Shown piece by piece: positions 50,309 to 63,371 of a DNA stretch of 64,000 bases. The stretch comes from Podarcis filfolensis. Lineage: Eukaryota. Below the pieces are notes generated by a model. It saw only the letters and a list, made by a program, of their open reading frames with translations. It searched no databases and was not told the origin of the DNA. The stretch's first letter is position 1, and the number at the start of each line of letters is the position of its first letter. The stretch is from NCBI GenBank assembly GCA_964270895.1, contig OZ185440.1; one strand, given 5' to 3'. Position numbers and translations under genes: made by a program.

Positions 50309-51773
50309 TTAAATATATTTGTGCAATACATGATGCTATTATTACAATATTTTAAGATAAAAGCAGATGCCAGAAAACTTAATTAAGCTTCATCTTGCTC
50401 TTACTTTGGCTGATTTCGTGTCACGTACCTCCAGGTGTTCGTCTCTTGCATTGGGCAATCTTCCTAGAGGCATCCTGCCTGCATCCAGGACAGTCCGCTC
50501 TGGTACATCAAAGCTTCTGCTTTCAGAGAACAAAAGGGGAGAAATGGGGTGGCGGTTGAAAATGTTCATGAGATTATTCCTGTGCATTGATCTGAGGAGA
50601 GAATAGCCTTACTTACCCGGAAAACCCTTACGTTTCCATAGTATAGCAGAAAGTTGCTTTGTCTCTAAAGACACTTTTTTTCCAAAGCAAAAGAAATAAA
50701 ATAAATATAATTGGTTGTAAAGTATTTGCATTGGAGTGGTTTTGAGGTAATTGTAAGTAGCATTGTTAGTGGTACTGGCCAGTAGGTATTCTTGCACAAC
50801 CAAACCTCTAATTGCAATAACTATCACATTAAGGAAAAGCTGGAGCAAAACTGCTTTTTTTCAGTGACAAAATCCTTGCATTTTAAAGGGCAGGAAAATG
50901 CAATTTCCTTAGAAGTGCTTCTTTGAGGGAAAGATGTCTAGGTTCATTGTACAATTTGAGCAGCAGCTGCTCATCTATCATGTGGGGAAAAGTATTACCC
51001 AATATGACCACAACTCTTAAGTCTGGCCACTATTTTGGTCAGCTGAAAAGTTGGAGGGAATATATCTCTTTTCAACTACCTCCCCATAACATTTTGAAGT
51101 AGACAGCAACAGGTCTGCTGATTCATTGCCTAAGAGGGTGATGATCTTCAAACTTCTAAAGTGTGGGATTCTTCACAGCAGCAGCTCCTATTTCTTCTTG
51201 AGATCTGATACTGACAAGATTTTCTTAGTGCCCATGTGCACCTGGAATTAATTGTAGACTTTCTTTGTTGCTAGATGTGTACACACACAACCCTTTTTGC
51301 AGGCTTTGTAGCTCTGGATATTTGCAGCTAAGCCATAAAGTAGGAGCTGAAAATCAGACATAAAGAAATACAGACAGAAACAACTATTGAGCCGAATACT
51401 TGGATCCACACTACATTGGCTTAGAACCCAGAGCATAAGTCGGAACTAAAATTCACTTTTAAAAAGTCAGTAAGCTCCCAAAGCTCAAATTCTTTTCCCA
51501 GAAATGCAGCTGATTGGTGTGGATTAAAATTGGGCAGGGTGGGGAAGATTTTGAAAATAATACAGATCTCAGGTTAATGTTTTTGAAATGGAAACACTGT
51601 TCATTTTCCAAATTGAAACTCATCCATGGCTCTCAGTTCTTGGTGCATTTTTGATTCTTAATATTAATATACAGTACATAATATAAACCATTAAAGTGAA
51701 TGCTTCATTAAATATACTTTCAGCAGAACATCACACACGCATGTATTCATGCTTTCTCTTTCTCCTTTGTGGC

Positions 51774-52135
51774 TTGGCTCACACATCACATTAACCATAG
51801 TTTGGAACAAGCTGTGGTTTTAAGATGAACAAGCAGCAAGCTGGTATACAGTGTTGTAAAGTTCTTGCTCCAATCCTGGTGCTGCACCGTGGAAGAAACT
51901 AGACAAGAGTTTGCCTTGTCATGACACCAGAACCTTGACTTACGGGTTTGTTTCTTTCCAGATAAATCATGAGCAGTAACTGAACCTTGTTCTTGGCATA
52001 CTGCTCATGGTTGGTTTTGGAAAACAAGTAGCAAGCCCCAGATCAGATGTCATGTCGAGCCAGACTCTCTTATTTCCTGGTCAATGTTTTTAACTATATT
52101 TTAACCATGGCTTAATTTGACATGTGAACTGGGCC
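51774..52135. mobile_element. Ancient MITE-like element with degenerate TIRs; related fragments near 27270-27480 and 48560-48740
   Basis: tggctcacacatcacattaaccatagtt versus aaccatggcttaatttgacatgtgaactgggcca form imperfect inverted ends; recurrent aaccat(g/a)gtt motifs. Confidence 0.4.
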
Positions 52136-53856
52136 ACTATATAATATTAAGAGTAGAATGGGTTGAATTTAGCCCCATCAGCAGAAGCCCAGTGCAAAGA
52201 CTTCCACTTGTGCAGTGGGCCTCCTTCTCACTCATCCCCCTGTGCACCCCCTGAAATTGGTTTGTGGGGGGCGTTGGGAGATCCTCCAGAACAGTGTACC
52301 AGGGGGAGGAGAGAGGGAATAATTCCTTTTAGGAAGCTGAAATGCTTGCTAAGATGGAATGACTGGAACAGTGGATAATTCTGGTTGATAGCTTCACATC
52401 TGAGCTGATCATTAGGCAACTGTTGAGTGGGGGCCAAGAGCTAAGGAACAGACCTGGGATGTCTAAACCAGAAGCAAAGGAATAATTGAGTTGCCCAGGC
52501 AAAGTCCCAGCCTGTACAGGAGGCCTTATTTTAGCCTTGTTTGATGAGGGCTGTCAGTGGCCATGCTTGGTAGGCACCACTCCAGTATCCAAAAGCCATT
52601 TACTATCTGGGAGATGCTCCATCTTGTAATCTGGGTGCTATATCATACGGTGCAGCCATTCACAGAGCCAGAGTCTCCTAGTTCTCAGCCCAGCTGTTCT
52701 TCCCAGCTGTTCTGTCATGTTGGCTATTGTCAGCCGACTTGACCACTAGATTTGTTTTTTTAATGCATTGTGTACAAATGATGAAGATGTACAAATGGGG
52801 TTTTCTGATAGCTACTCTAGAACTCTCTTCCTTCAGATAGTTGATTAAACCAGAGTATAGAAGCATCAAAACAAGACCTTCTTATTTGGGCAAACATGTA
52901 ACTGTCAGGGATTTGGTGGCTATATCGGGTAACATGTTTGTCTTTAACACAGTTTATAGTTTTAAACAACTTTTTTTTGAAATTCATTTTAAAAATGTGA
53001 TTTTAAGCCTCTGTGAATTATGTGGGTTAAAAATCTAAAGAAAAGTATTTGTATGTCAGCCAGAATACTCTCATAGGGGAGCATCTTATTTCATCCTAAG
53101 AAGATGCCAAAGGGCTAACACAATTGCCAAGTGGCTTTGAATTCTTGCTAATATTCCTCTTAGGAAAAATAAAACCAAGGGGAAGCAAAAGAAAAGGCAA
53201 AGACCCAAAATGATAGTGCAAAATGTCCTCATCAAATAAAAATATTTAAAATAAAAGAATTAAAATACCCAGAACATTTGGGTTGATTATCTTTCTCAGA
53301 AGTTTATCAGATTCTCTTTTCAAGGAAAAATCTCTCTTCAGTAGCTTTTTGAGTCTTCAGTGTCTCTTACATTCTGTCTTTAGATGAAAGTGCCAGTCCA
53401 CAATTGCACACCAAAACTGAATTCCCTGTTACAATCTTCTCTTTCTGTGTCTTTGGGGGATGTTATTTCAGATTATCCACTGAGAATTTGTAGAGTAATA
53501 TGAATATGGCGGTTCCTTTTGCCTGTTCTTTTCCTTGTGAAAGGCTCCATCTTTTTTCATGGATACAAACATGTAGCAAACCTTAGCCCTGGTCCCTAGC
53601 TGACTTTTACAGTTCTAAGGTGTAATGACTGTTTATGCTAGGATTGCTTTTTCTTGATGGCAGTGGGATAATAGAATCAAATCTAAGTGGATGTTTGTTG
53701 TGGGATGGGTGTTCCTCATGCATGCCCCCCCCCCTCCGCAAGGTCTTCATGGCATCTGTAGCATCCATACCCCACCCCCAAACTTTTAATCTGGATTTAC
53801 CCTTTCTAGAAAAAAATGGTAAATTAAAAAAACAACAACAATATATTGCTAGTGAC

Positions 53857-54598
53857 CCATTTGCAATTTAAATTCAAGGCATGCAGTTCACTAAAAGAAA
53901 ATTATATGAAAAAGATGTACAGATGATATTTAACGCCGGTTAAACTTGTTAAGATGTATAAAAATTCGTCTAATTTATGTTGGAAATGTAAAGATAAAGA
54001 AGGTACATTTTTTCGTATGTGGTGGACATGCGAAAAGGTAAAGGGCTTCTGGGAAATGATATATAATGAAATGAAAAAAATGTTTACAAATACATTTGTC
54101 AAAAAACCAGAGGCCTTTCTACTAGGAATATTAGGAGATGAAGTGCCAAAGAAACAAGAGATTATTTATGTATGCGACCACAGCTGCCAGAATGCTGCTT
54201 GCCCAGAAGTGGACAGAAGAGAACGTCCCAAAGAAAGAAAAATGGATGACTAAGATGATAGACTATGCCGAAATGGTTAAATTAACCGTGAAGGTCAGGT
54301 ACCAAGATGAGGAAAAATTTAATCAAGAATGGAATTTTTTTTATAGATTACTTTAAAGAACACTGTAAAAATGTGGAAACATTAGCAGGATTGTTGTAAC
54401 ATTTATGAACTGAAAATAGAATTAGGATATGAAAAAGAATTTGAAATAATGTGGAAAAATAACTAGATGCAAGGGAAATAAAAGGGCGAAAATGGAAACG
54501 GGGGGGGGGCGGGCAGGGAGGTCATTCAAGTAAATTTGGGTTGAATATGTATGAAAATTATTGTTGTTATAAAAATAGAAAATAAAATATATAAAAAA
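53857..54598 (+). mobile_element. 5'-truncated L1-clade LINE 3' end, different subfamily
   Basis: CWKCKDKEGTFFRMWWTC zinc-knuckle region, then KKPEAFLLG and YATTAARMLLAQKW, frameshifted. G-rich 3'UTR tract and A-rich tail. Only a weak 6-bp TSD candidate (AGTGAC at 53851-53856 and 54598-54603), so the 5' boundary is approximate. Confidence 0.88.
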
Positions 54599-54979
54599 GT
54601 GACAGGAGAGTCCAAAGACAGCTCCACAACAGCAGTATCTGGCTAGGGATGTCTGATGTCAGGGGATTGAATACTCCTCTGCCAACCCACTTGATCCTGC
54701 CAGACACTTCTTGGGGTCCTGACTTCACCTCCACTAATCTTCTAGGACCCCTTCCCATTCAAGATCATCCAGGATCATCCATCACCAACTCCCCAAGCTC
54801 TTCTAAATCCCCAAGCTCTTCTAAATCACGATCTGACCACCCTCTTCATGGCATCCCTATGAAACTCTTGTCAACATTCTTGTCAGCATTCTTAAGCCCC
54901 TACCAGGAAGTATCCTGCATCTCTAACTTTTGGTACTGAAAGGCAGAGGAAGGGGTAGTGCAGTATGTTCTGTCATCTC

Positions 54980-56370
54980 TCCTAGTAGAGTAACCTAGTT
55001 GATCTTTTCAATCTTTTTTTCTGATCACCACTTGCTTGTTTTTACTCTCCTCCTTGATTCTACTCTGTGATCCTAGATGAAACCTTTCTCTTGAAGGATT
55101 TTTTTGCAATTACCTCCTGTCTTCTCTCTCTTCATCTTCTCCTAATAAGGCTGTTTCACTATTTAGCTCTGTTCTTTCTACTATAATTTATTCTTCTGCC
55201 TGGTCTCATAATCCTTTCTTTCTCAGCCTTGGCTTACTTCTTACTTCCAGTCTCTTCATTCATATATTAGACAACTTGCACGTTTATGGCAGAGGTCCTG
55301 AGCACACTGGTTTTTTAGAAGTCTAGACTTAATGCTCACCCTTTTCCCCTGTTAGGCAATATTCAAAACTGATTTTTCCACAATGCTCATTGTCTCTCTT
55401 CAGTTGTTAAATTATTGTTTCACCTTTTTTCTTCTTTCTCTCACTCAGCTCCTCAGATTCTTGGTCATTTTTTGTGATATAAATCAACTGCTGTTTATTT
55501 CTTATATTTATGGCATTTGCTTCTTTTGCCCTTTCTTTTTGGAACCTCTCTGCTGCCTTCTTTTTCCTTTATCCCCTGTTTCTTTGAATGGTCTTTCTGT
55601 TTGTCTTCATCCAAAACGACCTCTGGTTCTTTTATTCCTGTTTTGTCTTTTTCCCTTAAAAAGGTTTCTGGAGATCTTACCATTACCTATATTTTTGTAA
55701 TGTTTTGGCAAGCTTTCCCTTAGCACTAACTGATTCTTGCCTGTTGACAATCATCTAATTTATCTTATTTTCTTTCTTTCTAAACTGGTTGAATTCTTTC
55801 ATTTGTTGGTTTTTCTTTTACCTAACTCTATTTGATCTTCATCAGTTTTTTGTTTGATCTTACCACTCAACAGAAGCTACTTTTACTTTATTTAATTATC
55901 AGTCAAGTGAAGATGGCTAATAGTCTATTCATCTTGATCTGTCCTTGTTCTTCTTGTTCTGTCCTCTACTTTCAATACTGTTGGTCATTCTCTTCATTTT
56001 TGTCTTATCTATCTAACCATACTTGCCACATTTCCATTAATGGTTCTTTTGTTTCCTTGTCCTCTTCCTCTGTCTACCAATGTTTTTAAATGTTCTATTT
56101 TAATCACCTTGCTTTTTATTCTTGTCCATGTCTTATTTTTTAGTTATAATAATCATGTCCATGGTGACAATGTTGTGTTACTTTCTGTCTCTGATCTTTT
56201 CTCTTCTTTTGTTAATTTTTCATCTTGTCTTTTTATTTCCTCATGGCTTTCTCATTCTCTGAAGCCAAATCTTTCAAAGAGAATATCATATTTTTTTCCT
56301 CTGGACTCTTCTCTTTCCATTTCTTTATCTATTGATCATGTGATTGCTACTTCTTCACCTCAAGATAGAG
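54980..56370 (-). mobile_element. Degraded LINE-like region (possible ORF1/coiled-coil remnant)
   Basis: Strong strand asymmetry (A/G-rich on - strand) with K/E/R-rich broken translations such as the ORF at 55495-55683. No diagnostic motif recognised. Confidence 0.3.
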
Positions 56371-56749
56371 ATCTTAGGGATCCTTGGGGAAGAAGAGTGG
56401 ACTATAAATGATTATAAACAAACAAATAAACAAATGTTCTCTTCCAATTCCTTCTTTCCTCTCAGATGTCAACATTAGTCTTGTAATTTTCAGTTGTCAG
56501 AAAACAACAATTTTAATAACATTTTCTTGTTAATTGTGGCCATGCTTGGTTCCATTATTTTGTCCCGCTTTGCTTATTGCTTTAGTTGATCATCGCTTCA
56601 GCCTATTGAGTGTATTTATCCAGTGTTGGCCATACTCAGAGTAGATAAATTGAAGTCAGTGGGGTTACTCTGATGTAGAATATCACTTAGTTTTTATTTG
56701 GGGATCTATTGCCCATCTTATTTTTTTCTGCATGCAAATATGATCATGT

Positions 56750-58900
56750 TTCTGAATATATATTTAGCTTCCCTTGTTACCTTTTTCCATCTTTGCATTG
56801 AAGGTTCTCTTATCTTCAGATACATTCATTTTCTAGCTCTTGCTTATCATTTCCATATTCTTTTACTGATTATTTGCATTCCCCTAATTTTTAATTCCTT
56901 GTTAAAACCTACATCCCCATGCCTAGCCCTTTGTCTGTTTGTGCTTTTATCTACAGCACTCTTTACCAGCAAGTTTGTTTCATGTTTATTGATCAGTTTC
57001 AATTTTATAATAGTTTTTTTAAAGCTAATAAAGGAAATAAATGGCATAATCATTGCTCTGGGATCCAAAGTGCTTTGTGTATTGAATACTTGTAGTAGGA
57101 GGGGCTAAAAGGATAGAATTTAGTCCTTAAAACAGGTATGGGGCATTATACCTCCAACATCTTCCTTCATTAGACAGTGCTTTCATATACAAATGTTGTG
57201 GAGTCTAATATACTCAAATATTAATCTTTGCTAGATCAGTCTCAATTTCAAGTCTAAGGAAATTTTCCATACAGACTCTAAAGCAAATTTTCATTGTTTG
57301 GGCTGCATGATGCCTTGAGTTCTTGAGCTAATGTTGCACTCCACACCAGTCTCCAAGCTTTGTGAGATTCCATTTTTTAAATATAATTTGTATTAATTTT
57401 TCAAATTTTACATTATAAATTAAACATCTTTTATTATACCATACATTTATTGACTTCCTTCCCTCCCCTCCCAAGCCGTGTGAGATTCCAGGAGTTCCAG
57501 ATGCTTACCCAGGGTTGTGTGTTTCCTTTTGGAATGAGGGACAGTGGACACTGTGGTGTCTTTATGATTTATGGTTTATTTACACGTATATACAACCTGA
57601 GCCTATGGTGGAAGGGTTCGTCGCATTAACACCCCATTGCCCACAGCCTTGGATTCCAGCAGAAATCAGACATAGCTCTCTCTAGCTTGCTGCTTTACTT
57701 TTAGGTCACATCACTGGTAAACTCTGCTCTCAACTCTGGCTTTTTCTGTTGAGAAGGGGACCCCACCCATTTGCTGTCTCACACCGAGCCCTTTAATCCT
57801 CCACCACCTCGCCAGGAAGCTAGTTTGGTTATTCCCTGGAGTTGGAAGGCTTGATTAGCTTTAAGCAGTTACTGGATCAAGGGATCAGAGGAGTCTGACC
57901 CCCCCCCCCAAAAAAACCTTGTAACACTTATAAACAACAGTTTACAAGTTTAGTTGTCTGTTAGGTGGCATAGAATCTTTCCTTTTATGAAACCCAGACC
58001 CCAGCACTAACCATCTAAATAAGGATGCCAAATAAGCCATCTCTAAGATTGCCCAAGCTGGGGAATTCAAGGTAGGAAAAAAATGCCCTTCTTTTGTACA
58101 TGCTGACAAATATGTCCTGTCATGTAAACTAATATCTGCCTCCTTCCAATATTGGCAGCTGCATTCTCTTAAGTGAAAAATGTAGTGTAGAATTATCCTA
58201 CGTAAACTTCTGAAATATGTCATTAGTCCTTTGAAAATATACTTGGAGATTATGCAGTGAAACACCACAAAGTATATTTATTATCCATGACAAAATATTC
58301 ATCTAAAGTGCATTAACCTAACCCCAAATATTAAATTTGAGTGAGGCTCATTGTTCCAAATCACTGGAAAACCTTTATCAACCGATTCAAATTCAGTGTA
58401 ATTGTTTGATGAATATCTCCTGGAACCAAAATACCTAGCTATGTTAAGACCTCTGGGCACCAACAAAATCACCAGTTAGTATACAAAGTAAGTTGTCTGC
58501 AATTGCCCACTGGTATTAATTCAGATTTTGCCCAATTACTTGTATATCCTGAATAGTCTACCCAAGCTATTAATTACTCTTTATTAATTTTGCTTTGGAT
58601 GTTTCAGGTCTACTAATGAATAATAATAACACATCCATGTATAAAGCTAATTTAAATTATACTTGATAATGAACAAAACCACAAATCGCCCTCTTCCAAC
58701 TGATTGCACATGCAATCAGTGGTTCCAAACATAAATCAGAAGGCATCCCTATCTGGTAACCTGTTCCAGACCAAATGGTTCTTAAAGAATTTCATTTGTT
58801 CTTACTTTCAGTTTTGGAGAGAGGTATAAAATTATAATTCATTTAAACATTTATGAGAAAATCCAAACTTTTCCAAATAACCAGGCAATTAGGTTCTTGA
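56750..58900 (-). mobile_element. Old, degraded L1-clade ORF2 remnant interrupted by younger insertions
   Basis: Minus-strand fragments I*YLGL (near 58330; cf. IKYLGI) and LSACTKEGHFFPTL (cf. KERGGF.LPDL) occur in the expected order. Many stops; boundaries approximate. Confidence 0.45.
57373..57478 (-). mobile_element. Very short L1-type 3' tail insertion (106 bp)
   Basis: 12-bp TSD TGTGAGATTCCA (57361-57372, 57479-57490). T-rich left end (A tail on - strand) and a cttccttccctcccctccc tract (G-rich 3'UTR on - strand). Confidence 0.7.
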
Positions 58901-59924
58901 ACTGAAGGCACATGCCTGTTTCTACCTATTTCATGGTGGTAGTGGGGGTGAGCTTTCCTTTTAAATGGATTGAGAGCAAACTATTAGTTTCCGTATTGTT
59001 AGGTGGTTGGAAAATTGTATGCTGCCTATAAAAAAAAAAATGTTGGCTACCAGTACATATGACTAGCATGTTGACTTTAAAATAATTATGGAGAAGTGTC
59101 TCTACTGTGTTGGAATCTGCTGTTTGAAAAGTGGAGACATGTATACTGCTGTGTCCTAGTTGTGTTCCCCCCCCTGCTCATTTTTCTCCCATTCCTGATT
59201 GTATGGCCTTCTGTGGGTGAGCTGCATAGTTGTTACAGGGAGACCCCAGTGTGAGACTGTAAGGCCATGTCATTTTTTCCTGTAAATCTTGTAATTTCTT
59301 GCTTCAGAGCACAACAAAGTGAGAGAGTCAGCAGGGAGTGAATTAAATTCCCCCATGAGAGCTTGTATGGGGTGGGCCTCTTATATTCTGTCCACCGTTC
59401 CCTTGGCTCTCATGCACCATGCTGTGCATCCCCTTAATCGAGCAGCAGGTCTCCTGCGTACCAGCCTGGCTTGGTGCCCTCTTGACATGTTCCGGCACCC
59501 GTCACGAGCTGTATTCTTCTTGCACAAGCCACTACCAGGCTTAATAAACTCACACAGACTTTACAGGGTTCCCAAAGCCCATAAAACAGGGGGCTGTCCC
59601 TGCTGTCCCCTTGTGAACAAAGCTACTGTTGTGTGGCTAATGCAATTAAAATGGGGTCTATTGGAGACTTCATACAGCTGGCTACAGCATCCCAGTTTCT
59701 TCTGGCAAGCTGGCCTTCCGATCATTATGGCACTAGTGTTGTAGTAGAGCTCTTTTCTCTCCTCAATTTGTGTAGGACTCCTCTTGAACTTTGATTGGCT
59801 AATTAATTGATTGATTGAACTAATGAAGCATAATTAATTAAAATAGTGAAGCATTGAAAGAGAGATTAGGAAGCAGACATGTGAAGTGCTGAAAGACTTT
59901 CCGAGGGTCGGAGAGTTAGGTGAA

Positions 59925-60020
59925 ATAAGACTCCAGTTTTGTTCCTGATTCTTACTCTGCGTTATAAAGGAACAGTTATCTTCTCTTCTGAGCCTCTATT
60001 TCTTCATTTGTCAAATTGTT
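59925..60020 (+). mobile_element. MIR/CORE-SINE remnant
   Basis: tcttctgagcctctatttcttcatttgtcaaatt resembles the MIR core ctctctgagcctcagtttcctcatctgtaaaatg. Confidence 0.45.
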
Positions 60021-61659
60021 GGAAGGATTTTACAATGATCCTTGAACTTACCTTTTCAGTTGGGTGTTCTTTCTTGTGAGGTCAGTGATATTATAAATCC
60101 ACACTTTAGTCAATAAGGACACAGAGCGGAATGGATTCAATCCAGGTCACATGGAAGGTCAGTACAACTGCACCATGACTAAAACCCAACCCTCTTAAAA
60201 TGCAGTCAAATCCACCCTTCCTTGGGGCAACTGCCCTTGGGCAAAAAATGCTGCAAAATGGAAGCTTTTAAAGGGAAGGCGCAGGCTGTTCTGTACACAT
60301 TGGAAGAGGATGAAAGTGCTGCCTGAGCTGTTGCCACAGGTATTTGGAAGCCAGATGGTGCAGCTGAAACTTTAAACCTGTTGAATTTTGAATGGGATTT
60401 CATTGCGACTGTTTTCTTTTGTTGTTTTGGTTGATGCCTGTATAGTAGGCAAATGCAAGGAAACATCGCTTTCATTTCCGAAGAAGGCAACACACACCAC
60501 CTTAGATTTATAGAACTATTTATACAGAAATGGACTGTTGATATCTTACTTTTCATGTGTTGACATGTAGACCAGTGAACTTTATTGAAAACACCAAGTC
60601 TAAAAATTATTTAGTCTGTGGCATTTTCCATTGTTGCTGCATGTCTTCTCAAATGAACACAATGCAGTTTCAGTGCTTGTTTGTCCTGTAAAGTATGTAT
60701 TTAGGAGCATGTTTTTGAGTTTTATATGACTGACAATTGTATTAGGTTTGTTGATATTGTGGGTGGGTGGGTGGAGAAGTTGCTATAAGAGACTTTTAGC
60801 ACTGTTTGTGTGACTGAGGAAGTGTCTGTAACTTTGTTGCTTTTTAGCCAGTAAGCCGCTTCTAAAGACTGTGTTTGCAATCTTGCACTTCTTTTAGCAT
60901 TTAGTGAAACTGTATTAAACACCTGGTATCCTTTGGACATCTGTGTGGTGTCTTAATGTAAAGTCACTTGGAAAAAAATTGGGTGTCTCCCTTAAAGACG
61001 CACATATGTTGAGCTTCCAAACCAATAGTGATGCTAACCTTTAAAGTTTACACGCATGGTAAATCTGATGTACATGCAGTATGCAACACAGATCATATTG
61101 AAACTTTAAAATATTAAAATGCATTTTAAAAATTGCTCATGTGTTTTTCATAGCTGTGTGATGAGTATGTTCTTCCTTATAATTGTGCTGAATACTGTCG
61201 TAGAAATAAAATTACTTGCAAACATCCCTGCTGTGTTCTCAGATATGGTGTATGCATGAGAGATATTCATGAGATCACTTTGTAACATGTGTGTAGATAC
61301 TCTTGTTTACACTGTGTGTCCATATGCTTTGCACGTAGCACACATGCATACCTATCTACACTGCAAAACTAGGTTGTGCCCATGTTTAAGTTATGCATCA
61401 GTCTCATTCGTAGCTACAACAATACAGTCTCTGTCTTGCATTTACATGCCATGGTGTATGCAATTATATTGCATACGGGTAAGTGTGCACACACTAATTT
61501 GATCCATGTGTTGAAAATCAGCTGCTCCTCCAAACAGAGAGAGTACGGTACAGTATGTAAGGTTTAAATGCCTGACGGAAAGTAACTTTGTTCTTTATAG
61601 CTGGAAATGTGGAAAATTAACAAGCGGTTCTTTCTCTGGGACACACCCTGCAAGTGCCT

Positions 61660-61800
61660 CTGCTGACTGGGGAGAGCACAGCCGCCCTTTGGAAGCCAGA
61701 GTCTTGATTTACGGCTGCGGTGTTGACAGCTCAGTGGAACCCACATGCTGTTTGCAGCACCGCCAAGCTGGGCTATGACCCGTCGACCTCTACCTCCGTG
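61660..61800. promoter_or_regulatory. Candidate enhancer with PBX-HOX and MEIS sites
   Basis: TGATTTACGG at 61705-61714 and TGACAG at 61724-61729 in a CpG-retaining unique block. Confidence 0.4.
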
Positions 61801-63371
61801 CTCCCCCCTCCTGTCTCTATGCTGTAATAAAAACCTGTCTTGCAGGCAGGGCTACAATGACTTTGTTGTTCAGAAATGTACCATTTTTTAAAAAAAAATT
61901 CTCAAAGCAAAAATAAGAAACGTATGAGGAAGTGGGGCTTTGGGAGCAGCCGCTTTTGGTACCACAGGATTGTTTGTGTTAGGGGTTATTCTCTGCTTGC
62001 AGTCTGCTCTTGGCTCCTGAATGAAACCCCTCTCCTCTGCTCTTTGCAAGCATAGACTTTTTCCCTCTGCGGTATGGCTGCTGTGATCTGACATATTAGA
62101 GTGCACTTCCCTCCCATGCCTGTGTGTTCTTTTTTAAAGTACCATGCCTTCATGCACACCTTTCTATTCTCCACTTCCCCAACTCTCCACCCTCTGCTTG
62201 CCAGTCATGGTTTGTTGTTGAGCTTACCAGGCTAGCCATTGCCTGTGATCACGCACAGGAATGCCATCAGCTCCTGAAGAGAGATATCAGTGGCCTGAAG
62301 AAGGGTGAGAAGCCCTTTCCCCATCTTCACTGGGGATACTTAAAGTCCTGTGTGTCTTGAAGGAAGACAGAAGTGAGGAAGCACAGGCCAGAGAGCCCAT
62401 TCCAGCAGCTCCTGAATGAACCATTAGTCTGCCTGAGAGAATTCTGTTCTTTATTATGTACAACTGGCTTCTTTTTGTAGTGGGTTTTTTTTTTTTAGTA
62501 GTTTTAAATTTTGGATTATGTGTTGGGAGTCTTGGCTGAAACGTGGTATCTTAATAGAACAAGTAAGTAAAAAATACCCATAGTTCTATATGTAGTGACT
62601 ACTTAATTAGTTATACAAATTTTATTCCCAGCTGCCTAGAATATTTGAATCTGGCAGAATTTTTAACAATCTGTATCCAGAATGTCATTCTTGAAGGTAT
62701 ATTGGCCCATCTAGACCAATCTGTGTACAGACATAATCTATGCTTGTATTTGAGACTTGAAAGACCAAGGTGGAGTGGGGTAAATCTAAATTGAGTTAGG
62801 TCAATGGATGCCTATTCCTTTTGACTGTTGCCAAAAGACTATTGACCCCATCCTCTCCATCCTAAAAACAATATGCAGCTACTTGACGCTGCACTATCTC
62901 TGTGTTGCTATGAGATTGGAAGGGGATATGGACACAGAGAAAATCAGATCAAGAAAATAAATTTCATTCCCCTGGATCTCTCTTCTTAAATGTTATTTCC
63001 TTATTAATATGGCACTTATGTTGTAGTTCCAGTAGTCTCCCATGCTGATAGCTGGTGAGGACTATTTCTGTTTTAGCTTAGTCTTCCAGCATCCTGGATC
63101 ATTCTTTGGTCTCAGATCTTTCTGGTAATGTGAACCTTCACAATGGTGGAAGAGAAATGCCTGGCTTCATGGAGGTCCTGCTATTTGTGGTCTTTCTGTG
63201 CCAGTGTTGCGTGCTTAATACGAACTACTTTGGCAAGTAATATTTGATCTGCTGTCTTGAGTATGTGAGTAGTTATTTTTCAAATTTGATGGCAAGTTTG
63301 CATTGGAAAGAATATAAAAAGAGACTCCACTTTTTAAATCTTCATCCTGTACTATATTTCTTTCCCTCCAG

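Larger units (their letters stand above)
37334..63371 (+). other. FOXP4: FOXP4 intron between the two coding exons (26,038 bp, GT-AG)
   Basis: GT at 37334-37335 and AG at 63370-63371; the reading frame is preserved across the join. Confidence 0.93.

Noticed and set aside
55383-57108. Hydrophobic F/L/S-rich plus-strand ORFs resembling membrane proteins
   Set aside because: Antisense translations of A-rich minus-strand LINE remnants.
57553-57926. Possible solo LTR (TG...CA ends, AATAAA on the minus strand near 57577)
   Set aside because: Flanking 4-6 bp do not match as a TSD and there is no PBS, PPT or second copy; left unclassified.
60980-61520. Purine-pyrimidine-alternating (ATGCAT/GTGCAC-rich) region as an RBFOX splicing cluster
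   Set aside because: Only isolated TGCATG hexamers (e.g. 61253), about 2 kb from a constitutive exon. Similar low-complexity tracts at 23220-23330 and 38500-38560 suggest decayed RY microsatellites.
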